Source: Thermodesulfobacteriota bacterium (GTDB lineage: Bacteria > Desulfobacterota_D > UBA1144 > Nemesobacterales > Mycalebacteriaceae). Taken from it: DNA of 64,000 nucleotides. Both the position numbers and the translations under genes were made by a program. The stretch is taken from contig CBDAQI010000001.1 in the NCBI GenBank assembly GCA_965198945.1, positions 329,344-393,343 of the forward strand, read 5' to 3'. Below, piece by piece: positions 48,586 through 59,185 of this stretch (positions are counted from its first letter, which is position 1; every line of letters begins with the position of its first letter). Below the pieces are notes generated by a model, which searched no databases, had not been told where the DNA came from, and saw nothing but the letters and a program-made list of their open reading frames with translations.

Positions 48586-50664
48586 ATCCTTCGGAACTTC
48601 AATTTTTGAAAGGTCTCCGACTTTAAGAAAAAGGTCTTTTATTCGTCCGAGCATGGCGATGCGGTTTTTTCTTATGCGGCTGTCTTCGTGCATTACCATT
48701 GTGCCGTCAAAGAAGTTGTCAATGGGTCTGCGAAGTTTTTCCATAAGATCCAGATGCGCTTCATAACTGCTTTTGCGGGCTGATTTCTCAATTTGTTCAA
48801 CCGCTTCCCACAGCTGTTCTTCCGACCTGTTTTCAAACAGTTCCGGACTCACATCTCTTTCCGCGCCGTCTTTGAGAATGTTTACAACCCTTTTGAAAGA
48901 GGCGGCAAGGGCGGTGAAGGATTCGGATTTTCTTGCGTTCTCAATGGCCGCGAGACGTCTGCGGCAGTCCGTTATACTGTCAAAATTCACGGATATGACC
49001 GCTTCCAGTGAGTCATCCTCCGCCTCCCGCGCCATAACGCCCCTGAACCTTCCGGCGATAAACTCCGTTATCTCTGCGGATATCTCGTTTATATCAGACT
49101 TCGGAGCGGTTGAATAAGGCGCTTTTTTCAAAGACTGCAGTATAAAGTCAGTAAGTTTGGCGATGCTGAAATCAAGATTTCTCTCAAGCGTTATCCGTAT
49201 GAGCCCGATTGCCTGCCTTCTGAGCGCAAGGGGGTCTGATGAGCCGCTGGGCTTCATGCCCAGATAGAAGCAGGAGCAGATGTTGTCAATTTTGTCGACG
49301 ATTGCAAGCAGCGCTCCGGTTTCGGTTTCCGGCAGAACGGAATCTCTTGCGGTCGGCATGTATTGTTCTTCAATTGCGGCGCACACTTCTTTGCCTTCCC
49401 CCTCGGCCTCCGCATAGCGTCTTCCCATAACACCCTGAAGCTCCGGAATTTCAAAAACCATCTGTGTGGAAAGGTCGGTCTTGGAAAGTTTTGCGGCTCT
49501 TGCGAGTTTCTTTGAAAGGTCTTTTTTGCCCGTTTGGGACGCAAGCTCCGCCGCCGCTTTCTCAAGGCGTTCGGTTTTGTCGGCATAGCTTCCCAGACCG
49601 GAGAGAAAAACCATTGATTCAAGGTCTCCGGTTCTGCCCTCAAGAGTTTTTTTCATGTCTTCCTTGCGGAAGAACTCCGCGTCGGTAAACCGGGCCCGCA
49701 AAACCCTCTCGTTTCCCCTGATAACGGTTTGCGGGTCTGTAACGGGGGTTCCGCAGACAAACACAAAATGCGGCATCAGTGTGCCTTTTGATGAAAAAAC
49801 GGGGAAGTATTTCTGATGGTTTCTCATCACGCCCGTAAGCACCTCTTCCGGCAGATTCAGGAATTTTTTTTCAAAATTCCCGGAAAGCACCACGGGGTAT
49901 TCCACAAGCCCGCACACTGTTTCAAGAAGCTCCGTATCGTGACGGGAAACACCGCCCAGCTTTTTCACCGCCGCGGCAATCCCTTTCTCAATGGCCTTCA
50001 AGCGCTCGGCCGGGTCGGCAATTACAAAACGTTTTCTGAGTCCGTTCAGATACCGCTGCCAGCTCTCCGGCTTGAAAGATTTTCCGCCGGCAAACCTGTG
50101 TCCTGAAACCGTGTTTGAAAACGGTATGCCCGGAGGAGTTTGAATCCTCAAAGGTTTCCCTTGGTAAAAGCAGGATATTTTTCTTATGGGCCTTGCAAAA
50201 ACCGGGCTTTCACTTTTCCATCTCATTGATTTCGGGCATTTTATACCGGCTATAATTTTCCCCGTTTCTTCGGTAATAATACTTCTTGAATTTCTGCTCC
50301 TTGTCTTTTTTCTAAACACGAGAAATGTGCCCTTGTCTCTTTCGGCAATATCCAGGTCTTCAACTTTCGCGCCCTTGCTTCGCGCAAATCCCATGGCGGC
50401 TTTTGTCGGTGAACCGTCCGGACCGAAAGCCGCCGATTCCGAAGGCCCGAAACTCTCAACAACCATGTCTTTCTGTCCCGGTTCAAGACCCTCTATTACA
50501 AGGGAGAACCTTTTTGGCGTGTGGAAGCAGGTGATTTTGTCAAAACCGACCCCCAGTTCCCCCAGGCGGTTTTCAAAACGCTCTGAAAGCGCGCGCGCAA
50601 TACCCGGCGCCATACCGGACGGAATTTCTTCAACCGCCATCTCTATGAAAAGCTCTTGTTTCAT
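48580..50664 (-). CDS. glyS: Glycine--tRNA ligase beta subunit
   Basis: EEIP, TPKR, KSMRW, VEYP, HQKYF, GNERVLRARFTDA, PELQGVMG, FKRVVNI. Confidence 0.97.
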   Translation of the reverse strand: MKQELFIEMAVEEIPSGMAPGIARALSERFENRLGELGVGFDKITCFHTPKRFSLVIEGLEPGQKDMVVESFGPSESAAFGPDGSPTKAAMGFARSKGAKVEDLDIAERDKGTFLVFRKKTRSRNSRSIITEETGKIIAGIKCPKSMRWKSESPVFARPIRKISCFYQGKPLRIQTPPGIPFSNTVSGHRFAGGKSFKPESWQRYLNGLRKRFVIADPAERLKAIEKGIAAAVKKLGGVSRHDTELLETVCGLVEYPVVLSGNFEKKFLNLPEEVLTGVMRNHQKYFPVFSSKGTLMPHFVFVCGTPVTDPQTVIRGNERVLRARFTDAEFFRKEDMKKTLEGRTGDLESMVFLSGLGSYADKTERLEKAAAELASQTGKKDLSKKLARAAKLSKTDLSTQMVFEIPELQGVMGRRYAEAEGEGKEVCAAIEEQYMPTARDSVLPETETGALLAIVDKIDNICSCFYLGMKPSGSSDPLALRRQAIGLIRITLERNLDFSIAKLTDFILQSLKKAPYSTAPKSDINEISAEITEFIAGRFRGVMAREAEDDSLEAVISVNFDSITDCRRRLAAIENARKSESFTALAASFKRVVNILKDGAERDVSPELFENRSEEQLWEAVEQIEKSARKSSYEAHLDLMEKLRRPIDNFFDGTMVMHEDSRIRKNRIAMLGRIKDLFLKVGDLSKIEVPKDL

Positions 50665-50675
50665 TGTTTCCGGTT

Positions 50676-51554
50676 TTATTTTTTCCCGCTTTCAAGCAGG
50701 GGGAAGCCGAGTTCCCGGCGTTTTTCCAGCCACGCTTCCGCACAAGCCCCCGCAAGCGTCCGCACTTTCGCCATGTAGTTTTCCCTTTCGGCCACACCGA
50801 TTGCACCGCGCGCGTCAAGCAGATTGAAAAAATGCGAGCATTTCATGCAATACTCATATGCCGGAAGCGGCAGCCCGCCGCGCGCCAGTTTTGCGCATTC
50901 CTCGCCAAACCGCTCAAAACTTTCGGTTAGCATCTGCCGGTCGGACATCTCAAAGTTGTATGTTGAAAATTCACGCTCGTTTTCCCTGTGAACCTCCCCG
51001 TAGGAAATCCCGCCGTCCCATTCAAGGTCAAAAACATTGTCAACGCCCTGAAGATACATGGAGATTCTCTCGGTTCCATATGTGATTTCGGCCGAAACGG
51101 GTTCAAGATCAATCCCTCCCGCCTGCTGAAAATATGTAAACTGCGTTATCTCCATTCCGTCAAGCCATACTTCCCAGCCCAGCCCCCACGCGCCGAGGGT
51201 CGGAGATTCCCAATCGTCTTCAACAAAACGTATGTCATGTTTCATCGGGTCTATCCCGAAAGATTTGAGCGATTTGAGATACAGTTCCTGTATGTTTTCG
51301 GGCGCCGGTTTGATGAGAACCTGAAACTGGTAGTAGTGCTGGAGACGGTTCGGGTTGTCGCCGTATCTGCCGTCGGCGGGTCTTCTGCAAGGCTCCACAT
51401 ATGCGGCCTTCCAGGGCTCGGGACCGAGACACCTTAAGAATGTGTGCGGGTTGAAGGTTCCCGCGCCTTTTTCGGTGTCACACGGCTGAACTATCATACA
51501 ACCCTGTTTTGCCCAGAAATTCTGAAGTGAAAGTATCAGTTTTTGAAAAGTCAT
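50676..51554 (-). CDS. glyQ: Glycine--tRNA ligase alpha subunit
   Basis: [49 protein letters not shown]. Confidence 0.98.
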   Translation of the reverse strand: MTFQKLILSLQNFWAKQGCMIVQPCDTEKGAGTFNPHTFLRCLGPEPWKAAYVEPCRRPADGRYGDNPNRLQHYYQFQVLIKPAPENIQELYLKSLKSFGIDPMKHDIRFVEDDWESPTLGAWGLGWEVWLDGMEITQFTYFQQAGGIDLEPVSAEITYGTERISMYLQGVDNVFDLEWDGGISYGEVHRENEREFSTYNFEMSDRQMLTESFERFGEECAKLARGGLPLPAYEYCMKCSHFFNLLDARGAIGVAERENYMAKVRTLAGACAEAWLEKRRELGFPLLESGKK

Positions 51555-51706
51555 TTTTAAGTAAGCTCCGGCAAATTCGCTCTAACATTAACACCTAAAC
51601 TGCGGGAATTAAAATTTTACCGTCGGGCGGCTGAGCCATATTTCGGAAGGTGAAAAAAGGTTTCTTACCCCTCGGCATTTTTTGTTTATACCTTACCCAA
51701 TTTGTC

Positions 51707-53312
51707 ATGAATAAAAGATTTTCCGCAGACATTCTCAAAAGCGCCGGTGAGCCCGTCCTGACCGGGCAAGAGAGGATAGATGCCGAATTGCTGGAGACGG
51801 TTCCGGAAGATTTTGCCAAACTGCACGGCGCGGTTCCCGTTTACAGGAAAGGCGGTGCAATAGTCATGGCTCTTGAGGAGGGGGCCACACCCGATGTTCT
51901 GGAATATGTGAAATTCCGTAGCGGAAACGGGGTGGACTTTGTGCGGGTTTCCTCAAGTGTATTGCGAAAACTCATAGACAAAAACTACGGCGCGGACACC
52001 GAAGACATTTTCCGCCCGGACGGGGCTTTTTCCGAAGACACGATAAGTAGGATAGTTGACGAAGCGGCTCTGGCTTCCCGCAACGGTTATCTCAGCGGGG
52101 CTGCGTCTGATTTTTCGCAGTCATCCCCGGTTGTGAAGCTGTCAAATTCCATCATTGAAGAAGCGTTTTTCAAAAGGGCGAGCGATATACATCTGGAACC
52201 ATATGAGTAGGGGCTCAGAGTCAGATACAGAATTGACGGGGCTCTTTATGTTTTTCACAGGTTTCCCCTGCAGATAGCCGCGATACTGACTTCCCGCATC
52301 AAAGTGATGTGTGAACTTGACATTGCGGAAAAGCGGCGGGCTCAGCAGGGGCGGATGAATTTTCATACATCCGACGGAAAAAATTTTGAATGCAGAGTTT
52401 CGGTTGTGCCGGTGATTTTTGGAGAGAAAGTGGCTATCAGAATACTTGACAGGGAGCGCCTTCACTTCAGCCTGCAAAATTTGGGTTTTGGAGAGTCCCA
52501 GCTTGCCGGTTTTGAAAAAACCATAAGAGCAGAAAACGGTATGACACTTATAGCCGGGCCCACCGGAAGCGGCAAAACAACAACTCTCTACTCCGTTCTT
52601 GAAGAGATAAAAAATGAGGAAATCAACATAATCACCGCCGAAGACACGATTGAATACAACCTGAGCGGCATAAATCAGGTGCAGATAAGGGAAAGCATCG
52701 GGGCTTACCTTTTCCGAGTGCCTGAGGTCTTTTCTCCGTCAAGACCCGGACGTTATTCTCGTGGGAGAGATCAGAGACTCAAAAACCGCGGACATAGCCA
52801 TTAAGGCCGCTCTTACCGGGCATTTGATGTTTTCAACAATTCACACCGCAGATGCGCTGTCCGCCGTTGTCCGTCTGATTGATATGGGCATAGAGCCTTT
52901 CCTTGTCGCCTCCTCGCTTCATGCGGTCGTGGCCCAGAGGCTTGTCAGGGTTATATGCAATTCCTGCAAGGGGCCCGCCGGCACGCTCCCCTCCGCACTC
53001 CGCACGGCAGGCATATCCGAGCGCGACTGTCCGCCCGCACGAATCTGCGAAGGCGGCGGTTGCGCCGAATGTTCTTCAACCGGATACAGGGGCAGGGAGG
53101 CCGTGTATGAAGTGGCCGTTGTTGATTCGGAGCTTAAGCGGATAATTGCCGCGGGGGCGGATATTGAAAAAATGAGACTCTGGGCGTCCCGCAGCGGGAT
53201 GAGCACGATGAGACGGAACGCGGTCCGTAAACTTTCACTTGGCATAACAACTCTTGAGGAAGTTATAAAAAATACACCGCCCGACGGCGGAAAAAACGGG
53301 AATATGGAATAG
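51707..53312 (+). pseudogene. pilB: Type IV pilus / T2SS assembly ATPase (PilB/GspE), split by an in-frame TAG and a frameshift
   Basis: ASDIHLEPYE*GLRVRYRIDG (TAG 52208-10), LDIAEKR, GPTGSGKTTT, then one extra G at 52700-03 before [25 protein letters not shown], two CxxC. Confidence 0.85.
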
Positions 53313-53324
53313 GGAAGGTAGTTT

Positions 53325-54560
53325 ATGCCGGTTTTTATCTGGGAGGAATACTCCAAAGGCCGAAAAGCCCGGGGTGAAATTGAGGCTCAAAACAGGTTCG
53401 CCGTGATTGTGCGCCTGAAAAACATCGGGATTTCTTCGCCTTACAATATCAGGGAAAAACGCGAGGGGCTGTTAAGACGCGCATCCTCAATCCTCAAAAC
53501 TGAAATTCACATCGGCCCGATACCGCACTCCGCCATATACTCTTTTACCAGAAGGTTTTCCGTTATGACGGGCGCGGGGATTGACATAGCGCAGGCCCTC
53601 AGGGTTCTTGCCGTGCAGGAAACAAACGCCCGTTTCAAGGGAATAATTGAACGGACGATGCTTTCAGTGCGCCGCGGAGAGAGTTTGTCTTCCGCTCTTG
53701 AAAAACATCCGGAGGCGTTTTCACCACTTTACACGGGGCTTGTCCGCGCCGCCGAGGCGGGCGGCAACCTCGGTGAAATAATGATGAGTTTTTCCGACAG
53801 TCTTCAGAAAGCGGAGCGGTTAAGAAAAAAAGTGAGGGCTGCAATGGTCTATCCTCTCACGGTTATGTTCACGGCCTTTGTTGTTCTTTTTCTTGCCATG
53901 TCATTTCTGGTGCCCGTTTTTGCTCAGGTGTTCAGAGACATGGATGCGCAACCGCCCGCACTGACACGCGCCGTGATAGGGCTGGGAGTTTTTATGAAAT
54001 CCAACCTGCCGTATATTGCGGTCTCCGTCTTCGCGGTTTTTCTTTTTCCTTTTGTCTCATACCGGAGGTCATCAAAAGCCGCCCTGTTTATTGACCGTTT
54101 TTCTCTGTATGTTCCGGTTTTCGGAGCAATGGCGCACAGATCAATTCTGGCGCGGTTCTGCGGAACCCTTGCTTCGCTTCTGCGGGGAGGAGTGCCTCTT
54201 GTTTCCGCGCTTGAGGTTGTTTCCTCATCTTCCGACAACAGGTTTTTTTCGGCCGCAGTCATATCTGCGGCGCGGGCGATGGTCAGGGGCAGGGGGGTTG
54301 CGGAGTCTTTCGGCGTCGGAGGGAGTTTATTTCCGGCGGTTTTCATTTCAATGATTGAAGCCGGAGAGCGTTCCGGAAAACTTCCCGATGTGCTTGAGGG
54401 GCTTGCGGAAAGTTATCAGCAGGAGGCGGATTTGATGTCGCTGTCGGTTCAGTCCTCGGTTGAGAGTGCGGCGACTCTTTTTGTCGGAGCGGCAGTCTCG
54501 GTTATAGTGATTTCAATGTATCTGCCGATATTCAGTCTTGTTTCATTTTTTTCGGAATAA
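53325..54560 (+). CDS. pilC: Type IV pilus / T2SS platform protein (GspF family)
   Basis: GESLSSAL..HP..F, AAE.GGNL, AMVYP, MIEAGERSGKL, MYLPIF. Confidence 0.92.
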   Translation: MPVFIWEEYSKGRKARGEIEAQNRFAVIVRLKNIGISSPYNIREKREGLLRRASSILKTEIHIGPIPHSAIYSFTRRFSVMTGAGIDIAQALRVLAVQETNARFKGIIERTMLSVRRGESLSSALEKHPEAFSPLYTGLVRAAEAGGNLGEIMMSFSDSLQKAERLRKKVRAAMVYPLTVMFTAFVVLFLAMSFLVPVFAQVFRDMDAQPPALTRAVIGLGVFMKSNLPYIAVSVFAVFLFPFVSYRRSSKAALFIDRFSLYVPVFGAMAHRSILARFCGTLASLLRGGVPLVSALEVVSSSSDNRFFSAAVISAARAMVRGRGVAESFGVGGSLFPAVFISMIEAGERSGKLPDVLEGLAESYQQEADLMSLSVQSSVESAATLFVGAAVSVIVISMYLPIFSLVSFFSE

Positions 54561-54582
54561 CCCACGACATATCTTTGGTTAA

Positions 54583-56694
54583 ATGGACGGTTCTTCAAAA
54601 AAACTGAAAAAAGAGCTTGGGGTGAAAGACATTTTTGCGCTTGCCGCGGGAACTTCTCTCAGCGCCGGTTTTTTTCTGCTTCCCGGCATAGCCGCCAGGG
54701 AATACGGGCTCGGTTCGTCCGTTGTTATTGCTTATATGGTGGCGGTTTTATCTCTTGTTCCGGTTATTTTCAGCATAGCAGAGCTTTCCACAGCCATGCC
54801 GAGGGCCGGAGGCGCGTATTATTTCATTGACCGCTCCCTCGGGCCGCTTTTCGGGACCATAGGGGGCATGGGCAGCTGGCTTGCCCTTGTTCTCAAATCC
54901 GCGTTTGCGCTGATAGGGATGGGCTACTACATAGCGCTTTTTTTCCCGCAATACAAAGAATATGTAGTTCCGTTTTCGGTGTTTGCCTCCGTTGTTATAG
55001 GTTTTATTAACGCGGTGGGGGCAAAGTCAAGCGGAGAGTTCCAGAAGTCCCTTGTCGCCCTGCTGGTTCTGATCCTTGCGGTCTTTATAGCGGTCGGGAT
55101 TCCGGAGATACAGTCGCCGAACCTGTCGTCTTTTTTTGATTTTTCCACCGAAGCCCTTTTCTCCACCTCCGCCATGGTCTACATAAGTTACGCCGGAATA
55201 ACAAAGGTTACGAGTCTTTCGGAAGAGGTCAGCGACCCGGAAAGAACCATTCCCCTCGGGATGTTCTACGCTCTCGGCGCATCTATTTTAATTTACGGAC
55301 TCGGCACTTTGGTGATGGTGGGCGTTATTCCGCTCGGAAAACTGCTTGGAAATCCGACCCTTCCGGCTGATGCGGCAAAGGCGGTTTTCGGTGAGCCGGG
55401 TCTTTATCTTATATCCCTTGCGGCGATTGCGGCTTTTATTTCGGTTGCAAACGCCGGAACTCTCACCGCATCGCGTTACCCGCTCGCCATGAGCCGCGAC
55501 GAGGTTGTGCCTCGCATATTCATGAAAATTTCCCAGAGCGGCACACCCATCTACGGGCTTCTGGCCACCGTTGCGGCCACATCACTCATACTTGTTCTGC
55601 TTGACCCCGTAAAAATCGTGAAACTCGCGAGCGCTTTTCAACTCTTTGTGTTTGCCATTCTGTGTTGTGCGGTAATTGTGATGAGAGAAAGCAAAATTGA
55701 ATCATATGATCCGGGATACAGATCTCCTTTCTATCCGTGGATGCAGATTGCGGGTGTGATTTCCTCACTGTGGCTGTTTGCAAGCGTCGGGTTTGCGGCA
55801 AAAGTTTTCAGCGCCGCCGTGGTTATTGTCTGCGTTGTATGGTATCGGATGCGTGTTCGCAAAAGGCTGAAAAGGGGCGGAGCCATATTCCATTTTTTTG
55901 AAAATCTCGGCCGCTCAAGATACGAGGGTCTTGAAACGGAATTCAGAAATATTCTGAAAGAGAAAGGCCTTAGAAAAGACGACCCGTTTGACCACCTGAT
56001 GGCGGGCAGCGCCGTGATTGATTTGGGAGAGAGAGAGGGGGTTGATTTTGAAATGGTCGTAAAACTCGTATCCGAAGAGCTCGGCCGGCGCATCAGGAGG
56101 TTCAGCGCACACAACCTTGCCTGGCGTTTTTTGAGCGACACGGGTGTCGGAATGCCCATTGTCACCGGCGAGGGGGTTGCTCTTCCGCATTTGCGTCTTG
56201 AGGGGATTGAGCGTATGGAGATTGTAATGGTTCGCTCAAAAAAGGGCGTTGAAATCAAGTCTGATGACGAATACTCAGGATCTGTGGGGAAAAAAGCCAA
56301 GGCTCTGTTTTTTCTTGTAAGCCCGGAGGATGATCCCAATCTGCATCTCAGAATACTTGCCAGAATGGCTACCATAGTTGAGGACAGAGGTTTTTTCAGA
56401 GACTGGATGGCGGCTCCGGGAGAGGACGAACTCAGAGAGATATTCACGCGCAGCGAGCAGATAATTACTTTTGATATAGGCGGATGGGACAGCCTTTCAT
56501 ATTATCTTACTGGCAAACCGCTCAGAAATTTAAGTTTGCCCAGCGGCTGCCTGGTCGCGCTGATAAAAAGGCGTGGACAGACCGTTGTTCCGGGCCCCAT
56601 GACCATACTTGAAGAAGGGGATTCAGTAACTTTTGTGGGCGAACCCGAAGCGGTTGAAGAACTTAAAAAAAGATATATCGGTTTGGCGGAGTGA
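54583..56694 (+). CDS. APC-family amino acid permease fused to PTS EIIA-like and RCK_C (TrkA-C) domains
   Basis: AELSTAMPRAGGAY, SEEVSDPERTIP, ~12 TM; GVALPHLRL EIIA motif, HLRILA; LP.GCLVALIKR.G..VVP...T.LEEGD RCK_C. Confidence 0.85.
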   Translation: MDGSSKKLKKELGVKDIFALAAGTSLSAGFFLLPGIAAREYGLGSSVVIAYMVAVLSLVPVIFSIAELSTAMPRAGGAYYFIDRSLGPLFGTIGGMGSWLALVLKSAFALIGMGYYIALFFPQYKEYVVPFSVFASVVIGFINAVGAKSSGEFQKSLVALLVLILAVFIAVGIPEIQSPNLSSFFDFSTEALFSTSAMVYISYAGITKVTSLSEEVSDPERTIPLGMFYALGASILIYGLGTLVMVGVIPLGKLLGNPTLPADAAKAVFGEPGLYLISLAAIAAFISVANAGTLTASRYPLAMSRDEVVPRIFMKISQSGTPIYGLLATVAATSLILVLLDPVKIVKLASAFQLFVFAILCCAVIVMRESKIESYDPGYRSPFYPWMQIAGVISSLWLFASVGFAAKVFSAAVVIVCVVWYRMRVRKRLKRGGAIFHFFENLGRSRYEGLETEFRNILKEKGLRKDDPFDHLMAGSAVIDLGEREGVDFEMVVKLVSEELGRRIRRFSAHNLAWRFLSDTGVGMPIVTGEGVALPHLRLEGIERMEIVMVRSKKGVEIKSDDEYSGSVGKKAKALFFLVSPEDDPNLHLRILARMATIVEDRGFFRDWMAAPGEDELREIFTRSEQIITFDIGGWDSLSYYLTGKPLRNLSLPSGCLVALIKRRGQTVVPGPMTILEEGDSVTFVGEPEAVEELKKRYIGLAE

Positions 56695-56700
56695 CGGGTT

Positions 56701-57366
56701 TTGAAATACAAAGCTGTAATTTTTGATCTTGACGGGACTCTTGTTGATTCTGCGGCTGATATTGCAGCCGCCGCCAACATGGCTTTGACCGCAAACGGTT
56801 TTGCCGTGCACAGTGTTGACAAATACAGGTTTTTTATAGGGGAGGGCGCGGAGAGTATGATAAGAAAAGCCCTTCCTGCGGGTGCATCCGAGTCTGACGT
56901 AAGGCTCTGTGTTGAAGGTTTCATGGATTTCTACAGGAAGGGTTTTGATGTTCACACGAAACTCTATGAGGGAATTGCGGATTTACTTGGAGCTCTGTGT
57001 GAAAAAAACGTCAAGCTTGCGGTGCTTTCCAACAAACCTCAGGAAATGACTTCAAAAATCACCCGGAGCCTTTTTGCCGACTGGCATTTTTCCGAAATTA
57101 TCGGACACAGTGAAAAAACTCCGAGAAAGCCCGACCCTTCGGGCGCGCTGGGCGTGTGCGAAAGGATTTGTGTTGCCTCAAACGAGGTTGCTTTTGTGGG
57201 TGATTCCGCCATAGACATGAAAACCGCCGTTGCGGCCGGGATGCTTCCCGTGGGAGCTTTGTGGGGGTTTCGCGGCAGAGACGAGCTTACCTCTTCGGGC
57301 GCGCGTTATGTGATGGAGAGTCCGGCGGAGCTTACTAATATGATGGGATGGAACGGCAAAGATTGA
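56701..57366 (+). CDS. HAD-family hydrolase (phosphoglycolate phosphatase-like)
   Basis: FDLDGTLVDS, VLSNKP, KPDP, VGDSAIDM, WGFR. Confidence 0.9.
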   Translation: MKYKAVIFDLDGTLVDSAADIAAAANMALTANGFAVHSVDKYRFFIGEGAESMIRKALPAGASESDVRLCVEGFMDFYRKGFDVHTKLYEGIADLLGALCEKNVKLAVLSNKPQEMTSKITRSLFADWHFSEIIGHSEKTPRKPDPSGALGVCERICVASNEVAFVGDSAIDMKTAVAAGMLPVGALWGFRGRDELTSSGARYVMESPAELTNMMGWNGKD

Positions 57367-58541
57367 GCGGGTTTGACAAAAACTCCATAAAAACGCGCTT
57401 GGGAATTTTGGGCGGAGGCCAGCTTGGCAAGATGCTGTGTCTTGCGGCAAGCAGATGGGGCATACCGACTCTTGTTCTTGACCCATCGCCTGGCTGTCCC
57501 GCGGCGGGTGTTTGTTCGGAATTTATATGCGGAGATTTCAAAGACAAGGATGACGTTATCAAGTTCGGCCGCGCCGCTGATTTGCTGACAATAGAGATAG
57601 AACACGTTAACACCGATGCACTGGAGATTTTGGAGAGTGAAGGGATAAGAACATGCCCCTCGCCTCAAATAATTTCTTCCATACAGGATAAGGGTGCCCA
57701 GAAACAGTTTTACAAAGACAGTTTGATTCCAACCGCTCCCACAATTGGTTTGGGAACCATTTTTGAGTCTGCGTCTGAAATAAAAGACTTCATAAGAAAA
57801 AATTATGGGACAGCCTTTCCTTTTGTTCAGAAACTGTGCAGAGGCGGCTATGACGGGCGCGGTGTTTTTGTCGCCAAAACAGAAGGCGACCTTAACCGGC
57901 TTCTTGAAGGTCCCTCGGTTGTTGAGCGGTTTGTTAGTATAAAAAAGGAGCTGTCCGTCATAGTGGCGAGAAACGCAATGGATGACACGCCGGTTTGCTT
58001 TCCGCCTGTTGAGATGGTTTTTAACGACGAGGCAAATCTTGTGGAGTATATTTTGTGTCCGACGAATATAAGCGCGGAAATTTCCCGGAAGTGTGAAGAG
58101 ATTGCCTGTCAACTTGCCCGGGTGTGGAATCTGCGCGGAATAATTGCGGTTGAGATGTTTCTTTCGTCTGATGGAGAGGTTCTTGTTAACGAGTCTGCGC
58201 CGCGCCCTCACAACAGCGGTCATCATACGATAGAGTCATGCGTTACTTCTCAATACGAGCAGTGTTTAAGGGCTGTTCTCGGTTTTCCGCTCGGAGACAC
58301 TTCTCTTAAAATCCCGTCCGTAATGGTGAACATTCTCGGAGAGCCCGGACACGATGGAGACGCGGTCTACGAGGGTTTTCCCGAATGTTTAAAGGTGGAG
58401 GGCGCCAGTTTTCACATATACGGTAAAAAGCGCACAAAGCCGTTCAGGAAGATGGGGCATGTTACGGTTGTGGACGAAAACATAGAGAGCGCCTTTGAAA
58501 AAGCGCGGTTTATAAAACAAACTTTGAAGGTGGTGTCATGA
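57348..58541 (+). CDS. purK: N5-CAIR synthase
   Basis: [38 protein letters not shown]. Confidence 0.96.
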   Translation: MERQRLSGFDKNSIKTRLGILGGGQLGKMLCLAASRWGIPTLVLDPSPGCPAAGVCSEFICGDFKDKDDVIKFGRAADLLTIEIEHVNTDALEILESEGIRTCPSPQIISSIQDKGAQKQFYKDSLIPTAPTIGLGTIFESASEIKDFIRKNYGTAFPFVQKLCRGGYDGRGVFVAKTEGDLNRLLEGPSVVERFVSIKKELSVIVARNAMDDTPVCFPPVEMVFNDEANLVEYILCPTNISAEISRKCEEIACQLARVWNLRGIIAVEMFLSSDGEVLVNESAPRPHNSGHHTIESCVTSQYEQCLRAVLGFPLGDTSLKIPSVMVNILGEPGHDGDAVYEGFPECLKVEGASFHIYGKKRTKPFRKMGHVTVVDENIESAFEKARFIKQTLKVVS

Positions 58542-59059
58542 GCAAGCCGGTTGCAAGCGTTGTCATGGGTTCGGATTCTGACCTGAGGGTGATGAAGGAG
58601 GCGACGGAATTTCTGGAAGAGATGGGCGTCAGTGTTGAGGTTACGATAGTCAGCGCTCACAGAACTCCCGACCGGCTTTTTGATTTTGCGAAAAAGGCTC
58701 ATGAGCGCGGCATAGAGGTTGTCATAGCAGGAGCGGGAGGCGCGGCGCACCTGCCCGGAATGATAGCCTCCATTTCACCGCTTCCGGTAATCGGGGTGCC
58801 GATTAACTCATCAAATTCAATTGACGGTGTGGATTCGGTGTTGTCAATTCTTCAAATGCCCGCGGGCGTGCCGGTTGCCACTGTGGCGGTTGATGGCGGA
58901 AAGAATGCGGGAATTTTGGCAGCTGAGATTTTGAGTGTGAAAGACGGGAAGTTGAGAAAAAAGCTGATTGAGTTTAAAAAAGGACTCGCCGAAGGCGTTA
59001 AAAAAAAGTTTGAGAAATTAGAAAAAGAGGGTTATGTGGAGTATTTGAAGGGGAAGTAG
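58538..59059 (+). CDS. purE: N5-CAIR mutase
   Basis: [35 protein letters not shown]. Confidence 0.97.
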   Translation: MSKPVASVVMGSDSDLRVMKEATEFLEEMGVSVEVTIVSAHRTPDRLFDFAKKAHERGIEVVIAGAGGAAHLPGMIASISPLPVIGVPINSSNSIDGVDSVLSILQMPAGVPVATVAVDGGKNAGILAAEILSVKDGKLRKKLIEFKKGLAEGVKKKFEKLEKEGYVEYLKGK

Positions 59060-59185
59060 GATTAAAATCCTTCAATTATTTCTTTAAGGTCTTTTGCGGA
59101 ATACCTTTCTATAACTTCATTCTCAAACCAGACTGTCAATTCTTCTCCGTCAAATTCTAAATCGTCGTATTGTTCGCAAGTGGTA

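Noticed and set aside
31497..52210. Stop-codon reassignment or amber readthrough explaining in-frame TAGs
   Set aside because: TAG ends gcvH, nadE, gltB and purE normally, an RF1 gene is present, and two of the internal stops are TAA.
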